Shown: in pieces, positions 1 through 8,938 of the stretch | How the letters are laid out: every line of letters begins with the position of its first letter | Position numbering within the stretch: position 1 is the first letter of the stretch | Source of the DNA: an uncultured Spirochaetota bacterium | GTDB taxonomy: Bacteria; Spirochaetota; Brevinematia; Brevinematales; JAOACQ01 | DNA length: 64,000 nucleotides | Reading direction: 5' to 3' | Assembly: GCA_963768055.1 (NCBI GenBank) | Contig: CAVYGN010000001.1 | Coordinates: 1,280,001-1,344,000 of the forward strand | Notes under the pieces: generated by a model | The model's database searches: none | Told to the model about the DNA's origin: nothing | What the model saw: the letters and a program-made list of their open reading frames with translations, nothing else | Program-made: the position numbers and the translations under genes

Positions 1-350
1 ATGAAAAACATTTTAAACAGCCTGTATTCCGAACCGTAATCGTAGAGATTGAGGTTGCCCAGGTCATACCCGTAGTTAGTATCCGGATTATGAGTATCTT
101 TATAACCGTAAACAGTGGCGAATATCTGCAGATCGTTTATATCGTCGCTAAAATCGTAATTCCCTCTTGCATACATAAACCTCACCTGTGCCGTATCGGA
201 GTGGAAACCGTAACTCGCCAGCCCGTAAGAATGAATGTCGAAAGCGTTTGTCTCAAAGTAGTCGTCAGATATGTAGTCGATTGAAAAAGCGGTTCCAGCG
301 CAGATAACCATTGCCGCCGATATAGCAACCGCCGCAGAATACTTAAACAT
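1..350 (-). CDS. Exported protein, possibly outer-membrane (partial, runs off window start)
   Basis: Manual translation MFKYSAAVAISAAMVICAGTAFSIDYISDDYF...: signal-peptide-like N-terminus, GGAG RBS upstream, Tyr/Asp/Gly-rich, open to position 1; not in the ORF track. Confidence 0.7.
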   Translation of the reverse strand, partial: MFKYSAAVAISAAMVICAGTAFSIDYISDDYFETNAFDIHSYGLASYGFHSDTAQVRFMYARGNYDFSDDINDLQIFATVYGYKDTHNPDTNYGYDLGNLNLYDYGSEYRLFKMFF

Positions 351-424
351 CAATAGCTCCTAAAAAATGATCATTAGTATAAAGGGCAGATAAAATAATT
401 CAAGAATATTGCTTATTGCATTAC

Positions 425-554
425 GGGCGGTTCCAAAAACTATTTTTGAAATTAACAATTATTGTCCTGATTGTAATCAAGATCGTCCTATGAGCCCTGG
501 TGCCTGGCCCCAGGACAGGTGCGCTTGTCCCCGTAGGGCCCGTAGGGAGCGCCC
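425..554. mobile_element. GGGC-ended MITE-like element (subfamily B, reverse orientation) with nested GCACCTGTCCTGGGG module
   Basis: Ends gggcggttcc...ggagcgccc; internal ~38 bp is the reverse complement of 17536-17573 and similar to 44229-44269. Confidence 0.7.
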
Positions 555-642
555 TAAAGCGAAATATTAAAATTTTAAAGATAAGGGACAGTAATCCTGA
601 AAAATGATTGAACGGGGTTTACTTGCTACTTGCAGCTCGTAA

Positions 643-1746
643 CTAAATAATATCCAGATGGCTGTACAATATGAAAAAAGATATCAGAAATGACAGAATC
701 AGGATCAGAAAACCGGAGGCTGTTTTTAAAAAGACGCTTTTCCTGTTTCTAACCCGGCCCATTAACGATATATCCAGTAAAGCCTTGATCCTTAACAGCA
801 GCGGCGATGATTCGGTATAAAGGCACGACATGAGGGAAAATTGAGGGGTTTTTATATAAAAGGCGGCTTTTTTTAAAAGCTCCGCAAGGGTAATCGAATT
901 GCAGTCATAGTTAACGCAGTTGTTATCACAGGTCAATTCCCTCGTCAGGTTGATCTTTTTCACATATTGGTGGATAAAGGGTATAAACCAGAAAAATGAT
1001 TTCATCAAAATCACTAAATGCTGGGTCAACGCGTTCAACCAGCCTATATGCCCTATCTCATGCACTATCAGTGCCTCATATTCTTCATCTGTCAGCTTTT
1101 TATAAAAATTAGCCGGGATTATAATTTTAGGGTTCATTATTCCATAGGAGAAGGGTGAAAAACCCTTTTCAGCGGATATCCATATTTTAATCTTTTTACT
1201 TTCCAGACGCTTAATGAGCTGCGTATTCGTGATCACGCGCTTTGACAATTGCGAACCTGCCAAAATGATTTTTGTGGTTATTATGGAATAAGCGGTTTTA
1301 ATAACGCTAATTATCAACAGGAATAATGATACAGTTAAGAGAGACAAAACTATCATGAGGGTGTATTTAAAACCGATATGCTGAGTAAAGATATCGGTAA
1401 GAGTAACCATATAGTTATTGTAAATCGAGATATACATATAAAATGTAGGAATATAATAATATGTAGGACCAGCTCCCATGTGAAGGGTCATCGACTGTGG
1501 AAGTCGATTGACAATGTCAATTCCCCTCGCGACAGCCCAGGAGGCGGTATTAAAATTAAATATTATATCATAAATAATTTTCAGAAATGGAAGCATTCTA
1601 AAAAAATAAACAGTCTTGAACATTTTCTTCCTGTTGAAGCCCAGGATCAGGATAAAAAACTCTACCATAAGGGCAGATATACCGAAAGCTATAATGCTGT
1701 TGAAAACAATATTAGCCAAATAATAAATTAAAATTTCACCCGGCAT
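643..1746 (-). CDS. M56-family (BlaR1/MecR1-like) membrane metallopeptidase
   Basis: Several TM segments, PFSYG..PKIIIP, HEIGH zinc motif, FWFIP, RELTCD; directly downstream of blaI-like gene. Confidence 0.85.
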   Translation of the reverse strand: MPGEILIYYLANIVFNSIIAFGISALMVEFFILILGFNRKKMFKTVYFFRMLPFLKIIYDIIFNFNTASWAVARGIDIVNRLPQSMTLHMGAGPTYYYIPTFYMYISIYNNYMVTLTDIFTQHIGFKYTLMIVLSLLTVSLFLLIISVIKTAYSIITTKIILAGSQLSKRVITNTQLIKRLESKKIKIWISAEKGFSPFSYGIMNPKIIIPANFYKKLTDEEYEALIVHEIGHIGWLNALTQHLVILMKSFFWFIPFIHQYVKKINLTRELTCDNNCVNYDCNSITLAELLKKAAFYIKTPQFSLMSCLYTESSPLLLRIKALLDISLMGRVRNRKSVFLKTASGFLILILSFLISFFILYSHLDII

Positions 1747-1753
1747 TTTCTAA

Positions 1754-2140
1754 TCAAACCCTCTTTAATTCCTTTTTTCTTTTTTCGATCAATTTGCTGA
1801 TAAGAGCAAGTTCTTCGTCATGAATATCATCCGCGTTGTCGATAAGGTAATTAACCATTTGAAAAGATTTCCCGCCGAAAATCGATTTCTTGATTTTATC
1901 GAGCATTGAACTGATAGCCTGGCTCTTTTCCATTTTGATGCTGAATACGTAGTTTTTACCGACTTTCGACCTGTCAACCATTCCCTTTGTAAACATCCTT
2001 GAAAGAACGGTTAAAATCGTCGTATAAGCCACATCTTTTCCTATTGAATTCTGCACATCAAAAACGCTCGCTTCCTTTTTTTCCCATAAGACGTTCATAA
2101 CCTTAAGTTCCAGTTCTCCGAAAATTCTTTTTTGTTCCAT
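1754..2140 (-). CDS. BlaI/MecI/CopY-family repressor
   Basis: GELELKVMNVLWE, AYTTILTVLSRMFTKG winged-helix pattern; paired with M56 peptidase. Confidence 0.9.
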   Translation of the reverse strand: MEQKRIFGELELKVMNVLWEKKEASVFDVQNSIGKDVAYTTILTVLSRMFTKGMVDRSKVGKNYVFSIKMEKSQAISSMLDKIKKSIFGGKSFQMVNYLIDNADDIHDEELALISKLIEKRKKELKRV

Positions 2141-2177
2141 GGGCCATCCTTAAGATCAATTATTTAATAACAATATT

Positions 2178-2206
2178 ATTATACTACATATGTAGTATGA
2201 TGTCAA
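2178..2206 (-). promoter_or_regulatory. Consensus sigma70 promoter overlapped by a BlaI/CopY-type operator
   Basis: Minus strand TTGACA-17 bp-TATAAT; perfect 18-bp palindrome ATACTACATATGTAGTAT (2181-2198) containing TACA-nn-TGTA. Confidence 0.88.
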
Positions 2207-2247
2207 GCAATATTTTTCGGAAAAATATTAGTTATAAGCAAAAGTTG

Positions 2248-2287
2248 AAACCGCAGATTATTTATGCCCGCAGGGTACACAGATTAA
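2248..2287 (+). repeat. Solo left-type AACC(G/A)CAGAT 9-mer repeat end with inserted CCCGCAGGG mini-hairpin
   Basis: gaaaccgcagatt...gcccgcagggtacacagatt resembles the ends at 44997 and 59924. Confidence 0.5.
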
Positions 2288-2542
2288 GTGGAATCCGAGG
2301 TTCAAGTTCTCGATTTATAACAGATGCACAATAAATCTCTCTAAATGTTCTCGTTTTAATTGAATAATTTGAATTAAAGGATTAAAATATATCGGATAAT
2401 GCGTTGTTTTTTTTTAACAAACTATCACTAATAATTTAAAAATACTTAACTGCGCGGGGTAAATGGTCGAAAATTTAAGTAGGATAATTTTGCCCCCTGT
2501 TAAACCGCTTCTTTTGCCTTTATATTGGAAGATGGAGTTAAA

Positions 2543-3781
2543 ATGCCGGAAGAGATCGTATTCGAGGTAGCCAACTTTAAAAAAAATTCCTATATCATCA
2601 TTGAAGACCAGGAAGATTCCAACGAATTTTTTATAATTAAACAGGGCAAAGTCATTGAAAACCGCTTTGCATCGGCGATCGAATCGGAGAGCGGTACAAA
2701 CCTGACAGTCGGAGATTTCTTCGGGGTAATATCCTGCATGACAAAAAGGCCCAGGATTGAAACCGTACAGGCAGTCGAAGACACCTCTACGATAGTTGTC
2801 AAAAGAGAATACTTCGGCTCCCTCATTCAGAAGAACACGCCTATTGCCATGAAAATACTCAGGTATTTCGGCAGGCAGCTCAGATATTACGATTCGCTAT
2901 TGACAAAAATGACTCTTAAATCCTCTATTGAAGAAAATCCCAATTATCTCTTCAACATCGGCGAGTATTATAATTCGATGAATATGCCGACCAATGCCGC
3001 TTATGCTTATCTCCATTATATAAAATTTTGCCCTGACGGCGGCTATGTCCCCATGGCTAAAATGAAACTGGCTAAGATCAATCCGTCGCAGGATGCGCTC
3101 CTGCCTGCAAAGGAAAGTTTTTATTCGCTGTATAAAGACGGCCAGATAATTTTTCTTGAACATGAACCCGGAGCTGAATTATATATACTGCAGGAAGGAA
3201 AAATTAAGATAACAAAACTGGTCAATAATAATGAGATCCTTTTAGCCGTTCTTAAGAAAGGGGATATTTTCGGCGAAATGTCTTTACTTGACAACAAGCC
3301 CAGAAGCGCCAGCGCTATCGCTTTCGGGAACGCTAAATTAATGGTTGTAAGTAAGGCCAATTTCGAACCCATGGTTCAGGCCCATCCTGAAATTGCAACA
3401 AAAATAATAGAACTTTTGAGCGAAAGAACATGGATAATATATAAGCAATTTTCCAATGTTTTAATAAAAGATCCTATCGGGAAATTATATGATGCTCTAT
3501 ATACACATCTGCAAAAGGCCCGGGTACCGATAAACCCGAGCACGGCTCATACTTTTGATTTCGGGTCTGAAGAGCTGATAAAATTAGTCGGTTTCAACTC
3601 CGAGGAAGGTCATATCAATATAAAAAAGTTTTTCGACGAGGACAAAACTTTAAGTATTCAGGACGGTAAAATTTTCTCAAAAGATGTAACCAGTATAGAA
3701 AAGATGGTACATGTTTACAGAAGGAATATGGAACTTGAGAAAAAGCGTTTGGCCCCTCAGCAAACCTCCTCGTTGTATTGA
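2543..3781 (+). CDS. Double cNMP-binding (CRP/FNR-like) protein with central TPR-like segment
   Basis: Two cNMP motifs (GDFFGVISCMTKRPRIETV; GDIFGEMSLLDNKPRSASA); ATG at 2543 follows GGAG. Confidence 0.85.
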   Translation: MPEEIVFEVANFKKNSYIIIEDQEDSNEFFIIKQGKVIENRFASAIESESGTNLTVGDFFGVISCMTKRPRIETVQAVEDTSTIVVKREYFGSLIQKNTPIAMKILRYFGRQLRYYDSLLTKMTLKSSIEENPNYLFNIGEYYNSMNMPTNAAYAYLHYIKFCPDGGYVPMAKMKLAKINPSQDALLPAKESFYSLYKDGQIIFLEHEPGAELYILQEGKIKITKLVNNNEILLAVLKKGDIFGEMSLLDNKPRSASAIAFGNAKLMVVSKANFEPMVQAHPEIATKIIELLSERTWIIYKQFSNVLIKDPIGKLYDALYTHLQKARVPINPSTAHTFDFGSEELIKLVGFNSEEGHINIKKFFDEDKTLSIQDGKIFSKDVTSIEKMVHVYRRNMELEKKRLAPQQTSSLY

Positions 3782-3883
3782 TTCCAGCCCCTTTCCTTTA
3801 CCTTTTTTAAGAAGTATGTTAAAATTACTTTAAGGATAAATGTTTTTTTATTTGCTTTTTCAATATCTTTTGCAGAGGTTTTT

Positions 3884-4474
3884 ATGGCCCTTTACCGCCT
3901 TCAGAAATGCAGCATCTGCGGTGAAGAAGAAGCCCTGATATTTGTCAAGCTTATAGGAAATGATAAAATTGAGGAAAAGGGGCTTTGCGCGCATTGCGCC
4001 ATCAGATATATGAACGGCAAAGAAAAGATAAAAAGTCTCCAGTTTATCGACAGGCGAGTTCTCGATGCGCTTGAAGAGATGAGGACCCTCCTGACTGCCA
4101 TTGTTTCAAACATACAATTCATAAGTGATGTCCTGGGCAAAGACGACAAGAATGAGGTTAAATGCCCTAACTGCGGAATATCTTATAATGATTTAAAAGC
4201 AAATGTATTTTTCGGTTGCCCGGTCTGCTACCAGACTTTCAGGGAATTTATTAAAGAATTTATTGTTGAAGTTGAAAGGGGGCCTTTGCATAAGGGCCGA
4301 ATGCCGAGAAAATATATACGATTGTATCTTCTAAAAAAAGAGGTCCTTTTCCTAAAAAATCAGTTGAAAAAGCTTATTTTCCAGGAAAGATACGAAGAGG
4401 CCGAAAAAACGAAAAAGAGGCTCGAAAGGCTGATAGGCAGCTATCCTGTCGGAAAGGAAGATGAGATCAATTGA
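3884..4474 (+). CDS. mcsA: McsA-like Zn-finger/UVR protein
   Basis: Four CxxC pairs, GCPVCY, HKGRMP, C-terminal UVR-like ERYEEA; precedes mcsB-clpC. Confidence 0.85.
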   Translation: MALYRLQKCSICGEEEALIFVKLIGNDKIEEKGLCAHCAIRYMNGKEKIKSLQFIDRRVLDALEEMRTLLTAIVSNIQFISDVLGKDDKNEVKCPNCGISYNDLKANVFFGCPVCYQTFREFIKEFIVEVERGPLHKGRMPRKYIRLYLLKKEVLFLKNQLKKLIFQERYEEAEKTKKRLERLIGSYPVGKEDEIN

Positions 4475-5492
4475 TTTTCCCAAGCATCAGGAGAGAAAAA
4501 GAAACTCTCTTGATCAATTGGTTTTTACTACTAGAGTAAGAATCGCCCGTAATCTTGACGGCATTAAATTTCCGCTTATTCTATCTGAGAAGGAAAAGAG
4601 CGATATTAACGATCAGGTCAGTAATTATATTACAAAACTTCCAATAGACATTAAAATCGAGACCCTTGACGATATGCCCAGGGAAAAGGTATTAATATAC
4701 CTGTCAAACCATATAATAACCAACGAATTTATCAGGAACGGCAGGGTATTGGCCTATGACATCAATGGAAATTGGGTCATTCTGCTCAATGAAGACGATC
4801 ATATCCGTATATTTGCGATCGAGGAAGGGTACAATGTTAAAAATATATATAACAGAATATCCAGTATATTGATCCAGCTTGAAGATGAAATAGATTTCGC
4901 CTTTGATGAAAAATACGGCTATCTGACTGCATCGGCTATGAATTTCGGTACAGGGCTCAGGCTATCAACTCTTGTAAATCTTTACGGGCTGACTGCGGAA
5001 AAGCACATTGAAAATTTCATCGCGAGCGCTAACAAAACCGGCTATTCTGTTACTAACATAGCCGCATCTTCAAACGATTCCCCTTTGTTCTATATCTGCA
5101 ATGTCTTTTCCCTGGGATTATCGGAGGAAGAACTGGTTAATGAATTCGAGACTTTTCTTCAAAGGCTTAACGAACTGGAAATGGAATCCAGATTGTCTTT
5201 TTTCAGCAAAAAGGATGAGCTTGAACTTTCCCTGGAAGAAATAATGGAACTCAATAAAAAAGATAGGATAGATTGGAATAATCTTATTTATTACATCGCT
5301 CTTATCGATGCCTTGAACAAAAAGCATATTGTGGCCGATAATGTTAACCGGATCAGAAACCTTATATTCCAGTGTACCGATGAATACATACAGTATAAAT
5401 TGATGGCCGAAGCGAACGATATACCTAATATAAGGATCAGGATGCTGAAAAAAAGCATTTCGAATTTGAAATATAAAAATCGGAGCGTCTGA
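4461..5492 (+). CDS. mcsB: McsB-like ATP:guanido phosphotransferase-fold protein (degenerate active site)
   Basis: TRVRIARNL, NEDDHIRI, GYLT...GTGLR; located between mcsA and clpC. Confidence 0.8.
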   Translation: MRSIDFPKHQERKRNSLDQLVFTTRVRIARNLDGIKFPLILSEKEKSDINDQVSNYITKLPIDIKIETLDDMPREKVLIYLSNHIITNEFIRNGRVLAYDINGNWVILLNEDDHIRIFAIEEGYNVKNIYNRISSILIQLEDEIDFAFDEKYGYLTASAMNFGTGLRLSTLVNLYGLTAEKHIENFIASANKTGYSVTNIAASSNDSPLFYICNVFSLGLSEEELVNEFETFLQRLNELEMESRLSFFSKKDELELSLEEIMELNKKDRIDWNNLIYYIALIDALNKKHIVADNVNRIRNLIFQCTDEYIQYKLMAEANDIPNIRIRMLKKSISNLKYKNRSV

Positions 5493-8005
5493 TGAATGAT
5501 TTTACTGGTTTTACACCCAGAGCGCAAAAGGTCATAACCATTCTTGCCCAGCAGGAAGCAAGAAGATTGTTCAACGACCAGGTTCTGCCCGAACATCTCT
5601 TTCTGGGCATTTTGAGAGAATCCGACAGCGCCGGCATCAGGACCCTTGTTTATATAGGCCTTGATCTTGATGATATAAAAAGAGAGCTTGAAATGATTTT
5701 GAGGAGTAAATCGACCAATACTCTTACTCTCGGCGGCATACCGCCTTCCAACAGGTTTAAAACCGTAATCGAGCTCTGTAAACAGGAATCAAAAGTTATC
5801 GGGCATAATTATATAGGGACAGAGCATATTTTGCTTGGATTATTGGCTGAAGAAGACCCCGACGCTCTTATACCCATAATTTTCGCAAACAGGAATATTG
5901 AATTACATTTTATGCGCCAGTCAGTTATCAAGACAGTCGGATACGGCGAAATAAATGTGACAAAACTTAAGAAAAAACAGGTTAAAACCCAATTTCTTGA
6001 CCGGTATTCCAAAAATCTCACCCAAATGGCTGCTTCGGATAAGCTTGATCCTGTTATCGGCAGAGGGGTTGAGTTAAAAAGGATAGTCCAAGTCCTCTGC
6101 AGAAGGCAGAAGAACAACCCGATCCTGATCGGTGAACCGGGAGTGGGTAAAACTGCTATAATTGAAGGTCTTGCACAATTAATTGCAAATAATACCGTCC
6201 CGGATAAACTTATTGACAAAAGGATCATGCTGCTTGACCTTGGCCTTGTGGTAGCAGGCACTAAATACAGGGGCGAATTCGAAGAAAGGATGAAAAATAT
6301 TATTAAAGAAGCTGAAGAATCGGAAGATGTAATTCTTTTCATCGATGAAATTCATACAATATTGGGTGCCGGAAACGCAGAGGGGGCCCTGGACGCCTCA
6401 AATATGCTCAAACCCGCTTTGGCAAGAGGTACAATAAGGTGCATTGGGGCCACGACTTTCGATGAATACAGGAAACGGATCGAAAGGGACAAAGCTCTTC
6501 TGCGCAGGTTCCAGCCTATTACAGTCAATGAACCGACTATCGAAGAGACCATTGAAATATTGCTGAAAATAAAGTTCAAGTACGAACAATATCATAATGT
6601 CGCTTATACCGACAGGGCAATAGAGGCTGCAGTGAAACTTGCCAACAGGTATGTTACTGACAGGAAACTGCCGGATAAAGCCATAGATCTTATAGATGAA
6701 GCCGGAGCATTTTGCGGAATATCCCTGGATGGAAAACCTGAAGAGCTTCTTAAAGTCGAACGGGAAATAAATGTCCTGGAGGAAAAAAAGAACAACATGG
6801 TAAAATCCCAGGTTTATGAAAAAGCCGCCTATATAAGGGATAAAATCAAAGAACTCAGAGGGATTTATGAAGAGGCTAAATCACAATGGCTTTCGGAAAA
6901 TAAAATGGATAAAATTTTGATCGATCAAAAGGAGATTGAACTCGTCCTTTCTTCAATAACAAATATCCCTATTCACCGGCTTGACGATGAAAATAATAAA
7001 AAAAGATATTTGAATATAAGCACGGAATTAAAAAAAAGTATAAAAGGCCAGGACAAAGCAATTGAAACAATTTCAAACGCTATCAAAAAGAGCGTCGCCG
7101 GCCTTAAAAGGATCGGCAAACCTATATCCAGCCTTATCTTTATCGGGCCTACAGGGGTTGGAAAGACAGCTCTCGCAAAGACCCTTGCTAAATTTATCTT
7201 CGGGTCTGAAGAGGATCTGATCAGGGTGGATATGAGTGAATATATGGAAAAATTCAACGTATCCAAACTTGTAGGAGCCCCTCCCGGATATATTGGCCAT
7301 GAATCCGGGGGAGAGTTGACGGAGAAGATTAGAAGAAAACCCTATTCGGTTGTGCTTTTCGACGAAATTGAGAAAGCACATCCTGAAATATTCAATATGC
7401 TTCTCCAGATTCTTGACGAAGGATTTATTACAGACAGCCTTAGTAATAAAGTCGATTTTAGAAATACTATTATTATTCTCACTTCGAATCTTGGAACCGA
7501 TAAACTTGCAAATAAAGGTAATATGGGCTTCCTGGACAACGCTTCAAGCGATGACAAGAATAAGGAATTTCTCTATAACGAGTTAAAGCAGTACTTTAAA
7601 CCTGAATTCCTGAACAGGATAGACGATATTGTAATATTCAATCCGCTTGAAGGTCCGGTCCTGATGGAAATATTTGACAGGATGATCTTTGAGCTCAATG
7701 AAAATCTTACTCTCAAGGGGATTAAATTCAAGATCAGCGATGAAGCCAGGGATTATATAATTGCCGGCGGATTTGAAAGCAAATATGGAGCGAGATCACT
7801 GTCCCGCGCCATCAGCAAATATATTGAAATTCCTTCGACCGAACTCCTGCTTAATGAAAATATCAGTACGGATGATTTAAAATCCCCGATTGAAATAGCA
7901 ATATCAATCAAAAAACAAAAGATATCCCTCAAAATAAATTATAAGGGCGTTAAAAAAATATCCAACGGCAGCGATACTTCAATTGAAAAAGCCGGGCTGT
8001 TATAA
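5492..8005 (+). CDS. clpC: ATP-dependent Clp protease ATP-binding subunit ClpC
   Basis: Clp-N repeats (EHLFLG, EHILLG), Walker A GEPGVGKT and GPTGVGKT, UVR middle domain, FKPEFLNRID. Confidence 0.95.
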   Translation: MNDFTGFTPRAQKVITILAQQEARRLFNDQVLPEHLFLGILRESDSAGIRTLVYIGLDLDDIKRELEMILRSKSTNTLTLGGIPPSNRFKTVIELCKQESKVIGHNYIGTEHILLGLLAEEDPDALIPIIFANRNIELHFMRQSVIKTVGYGEINVTKLKKKQVKTQFLDRYSKNLTQMAASDKLDPVIGRGVELKRIVQVLCRRQKNNPILIGEPGVGKTAIIEGLAQLIANNTVPDKLIDKRIMLLDLGLVVAGTKYRGEFEERMKNIIKEAEESEDVILFIDEIHTILGAGNAEGALDASNMLKPALARGTIRCIGATTFDEYRKRIERDKALLRRFQPITVNEPTIEETIEILLKIKFKYEQYHNVAYTDRAIEAAVKLANRYVTDRKLPDKAIDLIDEAGAFCGISLDGKPEELLKVEREINVLEEKKNNMVKSQVYEKAAYIRDKIKELRGIYEEAKSQWLSENKMDKILIDQKEIELVLSSITNIPIHRLDDENNKKRYLNISTELKKSIKGQDKAIETISNAIKKSVAGLKRIGKPISSLIFIGPTGVGKTALAKTLAKFIFGSEEDLIRVDMSEYMEKFNVSKLVGAPPGYIGHESGGELTEKIRRKPYSVVLFDEIEKAHPEIFNMLLQILDEGFITDSLSNKVDFRNTIIILTSNLGTDKLANKGNMGFLDNASSDDKNKEFLYNELKQYFKPEFLNRIDDIVIFNPLEGPVLMEIFDRMIFELNENLTLKGIKFKISDEARDYIIAGGFESKYGARSLSRAISKYIEIPSTELLLNENISTDDLKSPIEIAISIKKQKISLKINYKGVKKISNGSDTSIEKAGLL

Positions 8006-8009
8006 AATC

Positions 8010-8723
8010 CTATAATTTTTTCTGGAGATTTTTCAGCTGATTGATCTCTCCCTGGTCTTCGTAAATATTTCCCTCATCGAGCGGAATATTCAGACCCTGT
8101 GTTATTATTTCAGCCGCTTTTTTCCTGTCTAAATCCATCAATAATTCAGCGTAAAACCTGAAAGCGACCCTATTGCCAGGCCCGTATTCGATCGCTTTTT
8201 CATAGTCGCTCTGCGCTTTTTTTGTGTCTCCCACGCTGATAATGGCCGGCGCAAGATGATAAACCCGGGCCCTTAGCATGTAGCCCGAACCGTTTTCATA
8301 TGAAGGATCTATATTAATAGTCTTAGTCGCTTCTTTAATAATAAGGTCTGCTGTGAACAAACTGTCAAGAATACCGTTTGCTTCAGCCCAGGAACCGACG
8401 CTTATCCCCAGGTAATAATGGCCTTCGACCTTGCCCGGCTCCAGATTGGTGGCATTCTCAGCCGCTTTTTTCGCTTCCAGGAAGATCGGTTTTTTTTGTT
8501 CCGCTTTTTGTATATAATTATCAGCTAAATAATGAGCTGAACGCGCAAATTTCCATGCATTTTCGTAATTTGTTTCTTTACTGTACATTTCTTTATAATA
8601 CTCGTAAGCCTTCTTCGCTCCTTCAACACTATTCCTGTTGCTTCAGTAACTATCGTCCGAATCCGAATATACAGCCGCAGTGAAAATAAATAACACAGCG
8701 CTCAGGATGAAAGCCTTAAACAT
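8010..8723 (-). pseudogene. Exported TPR-like protein interrupted by an in-frame TGA at codon 27
   Basis: AAGGAGG RBS and ATG 8723 give MFKAFILSAVLFIFTAAVYSDSDDSY*SNRNSVEGAKKAYEYYKEMYSKE..., continuing in frame into ORF 8010..8588. Confidence 0.7.
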
Positions 8724-8815
8724 AGAAACCTCCTTAACCAGTCAATTATATAATCTTAATCTTAAATTAAGTTATTTTCAATATATTTATGTTTTAATAT
8801 AAAACATTGTAATAT

Positions 8816-8878
8816 ATAGTCGATAGTCGACAGTCGACAGTCATACTATCAGTATCCTTTCAACTGTCGACTAACTAT
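8816..8878. repeat. Heptamer tandem repeat (AYAGTCG)n with inverted partner
   Basis: atagtcg atagtcg acagtcg acagtc ... actgtcgactaactat; related runs at 17397-17417 and about 28125-28147. Confidence 0.7.
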
Positions 8879-8938
8879 AAATTTGCTATATCATTAAGTA
8901 AAATATAAAATCTTCAAAAAGGTTTTCAGGATTGGTAA

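Noticed and set aside
2296..2313. cgagg-ttcaagt-tctcg resembles a tRNA T-arm
   Set aside because: No acceptor stem, D-arm, anticodon arm or CCA around it
8643..8645. Genome-wide UGA reassignment
   Set aside because: Many conserved genes here end at TGA at their expected C-termini, and Trp is encoded by TGG
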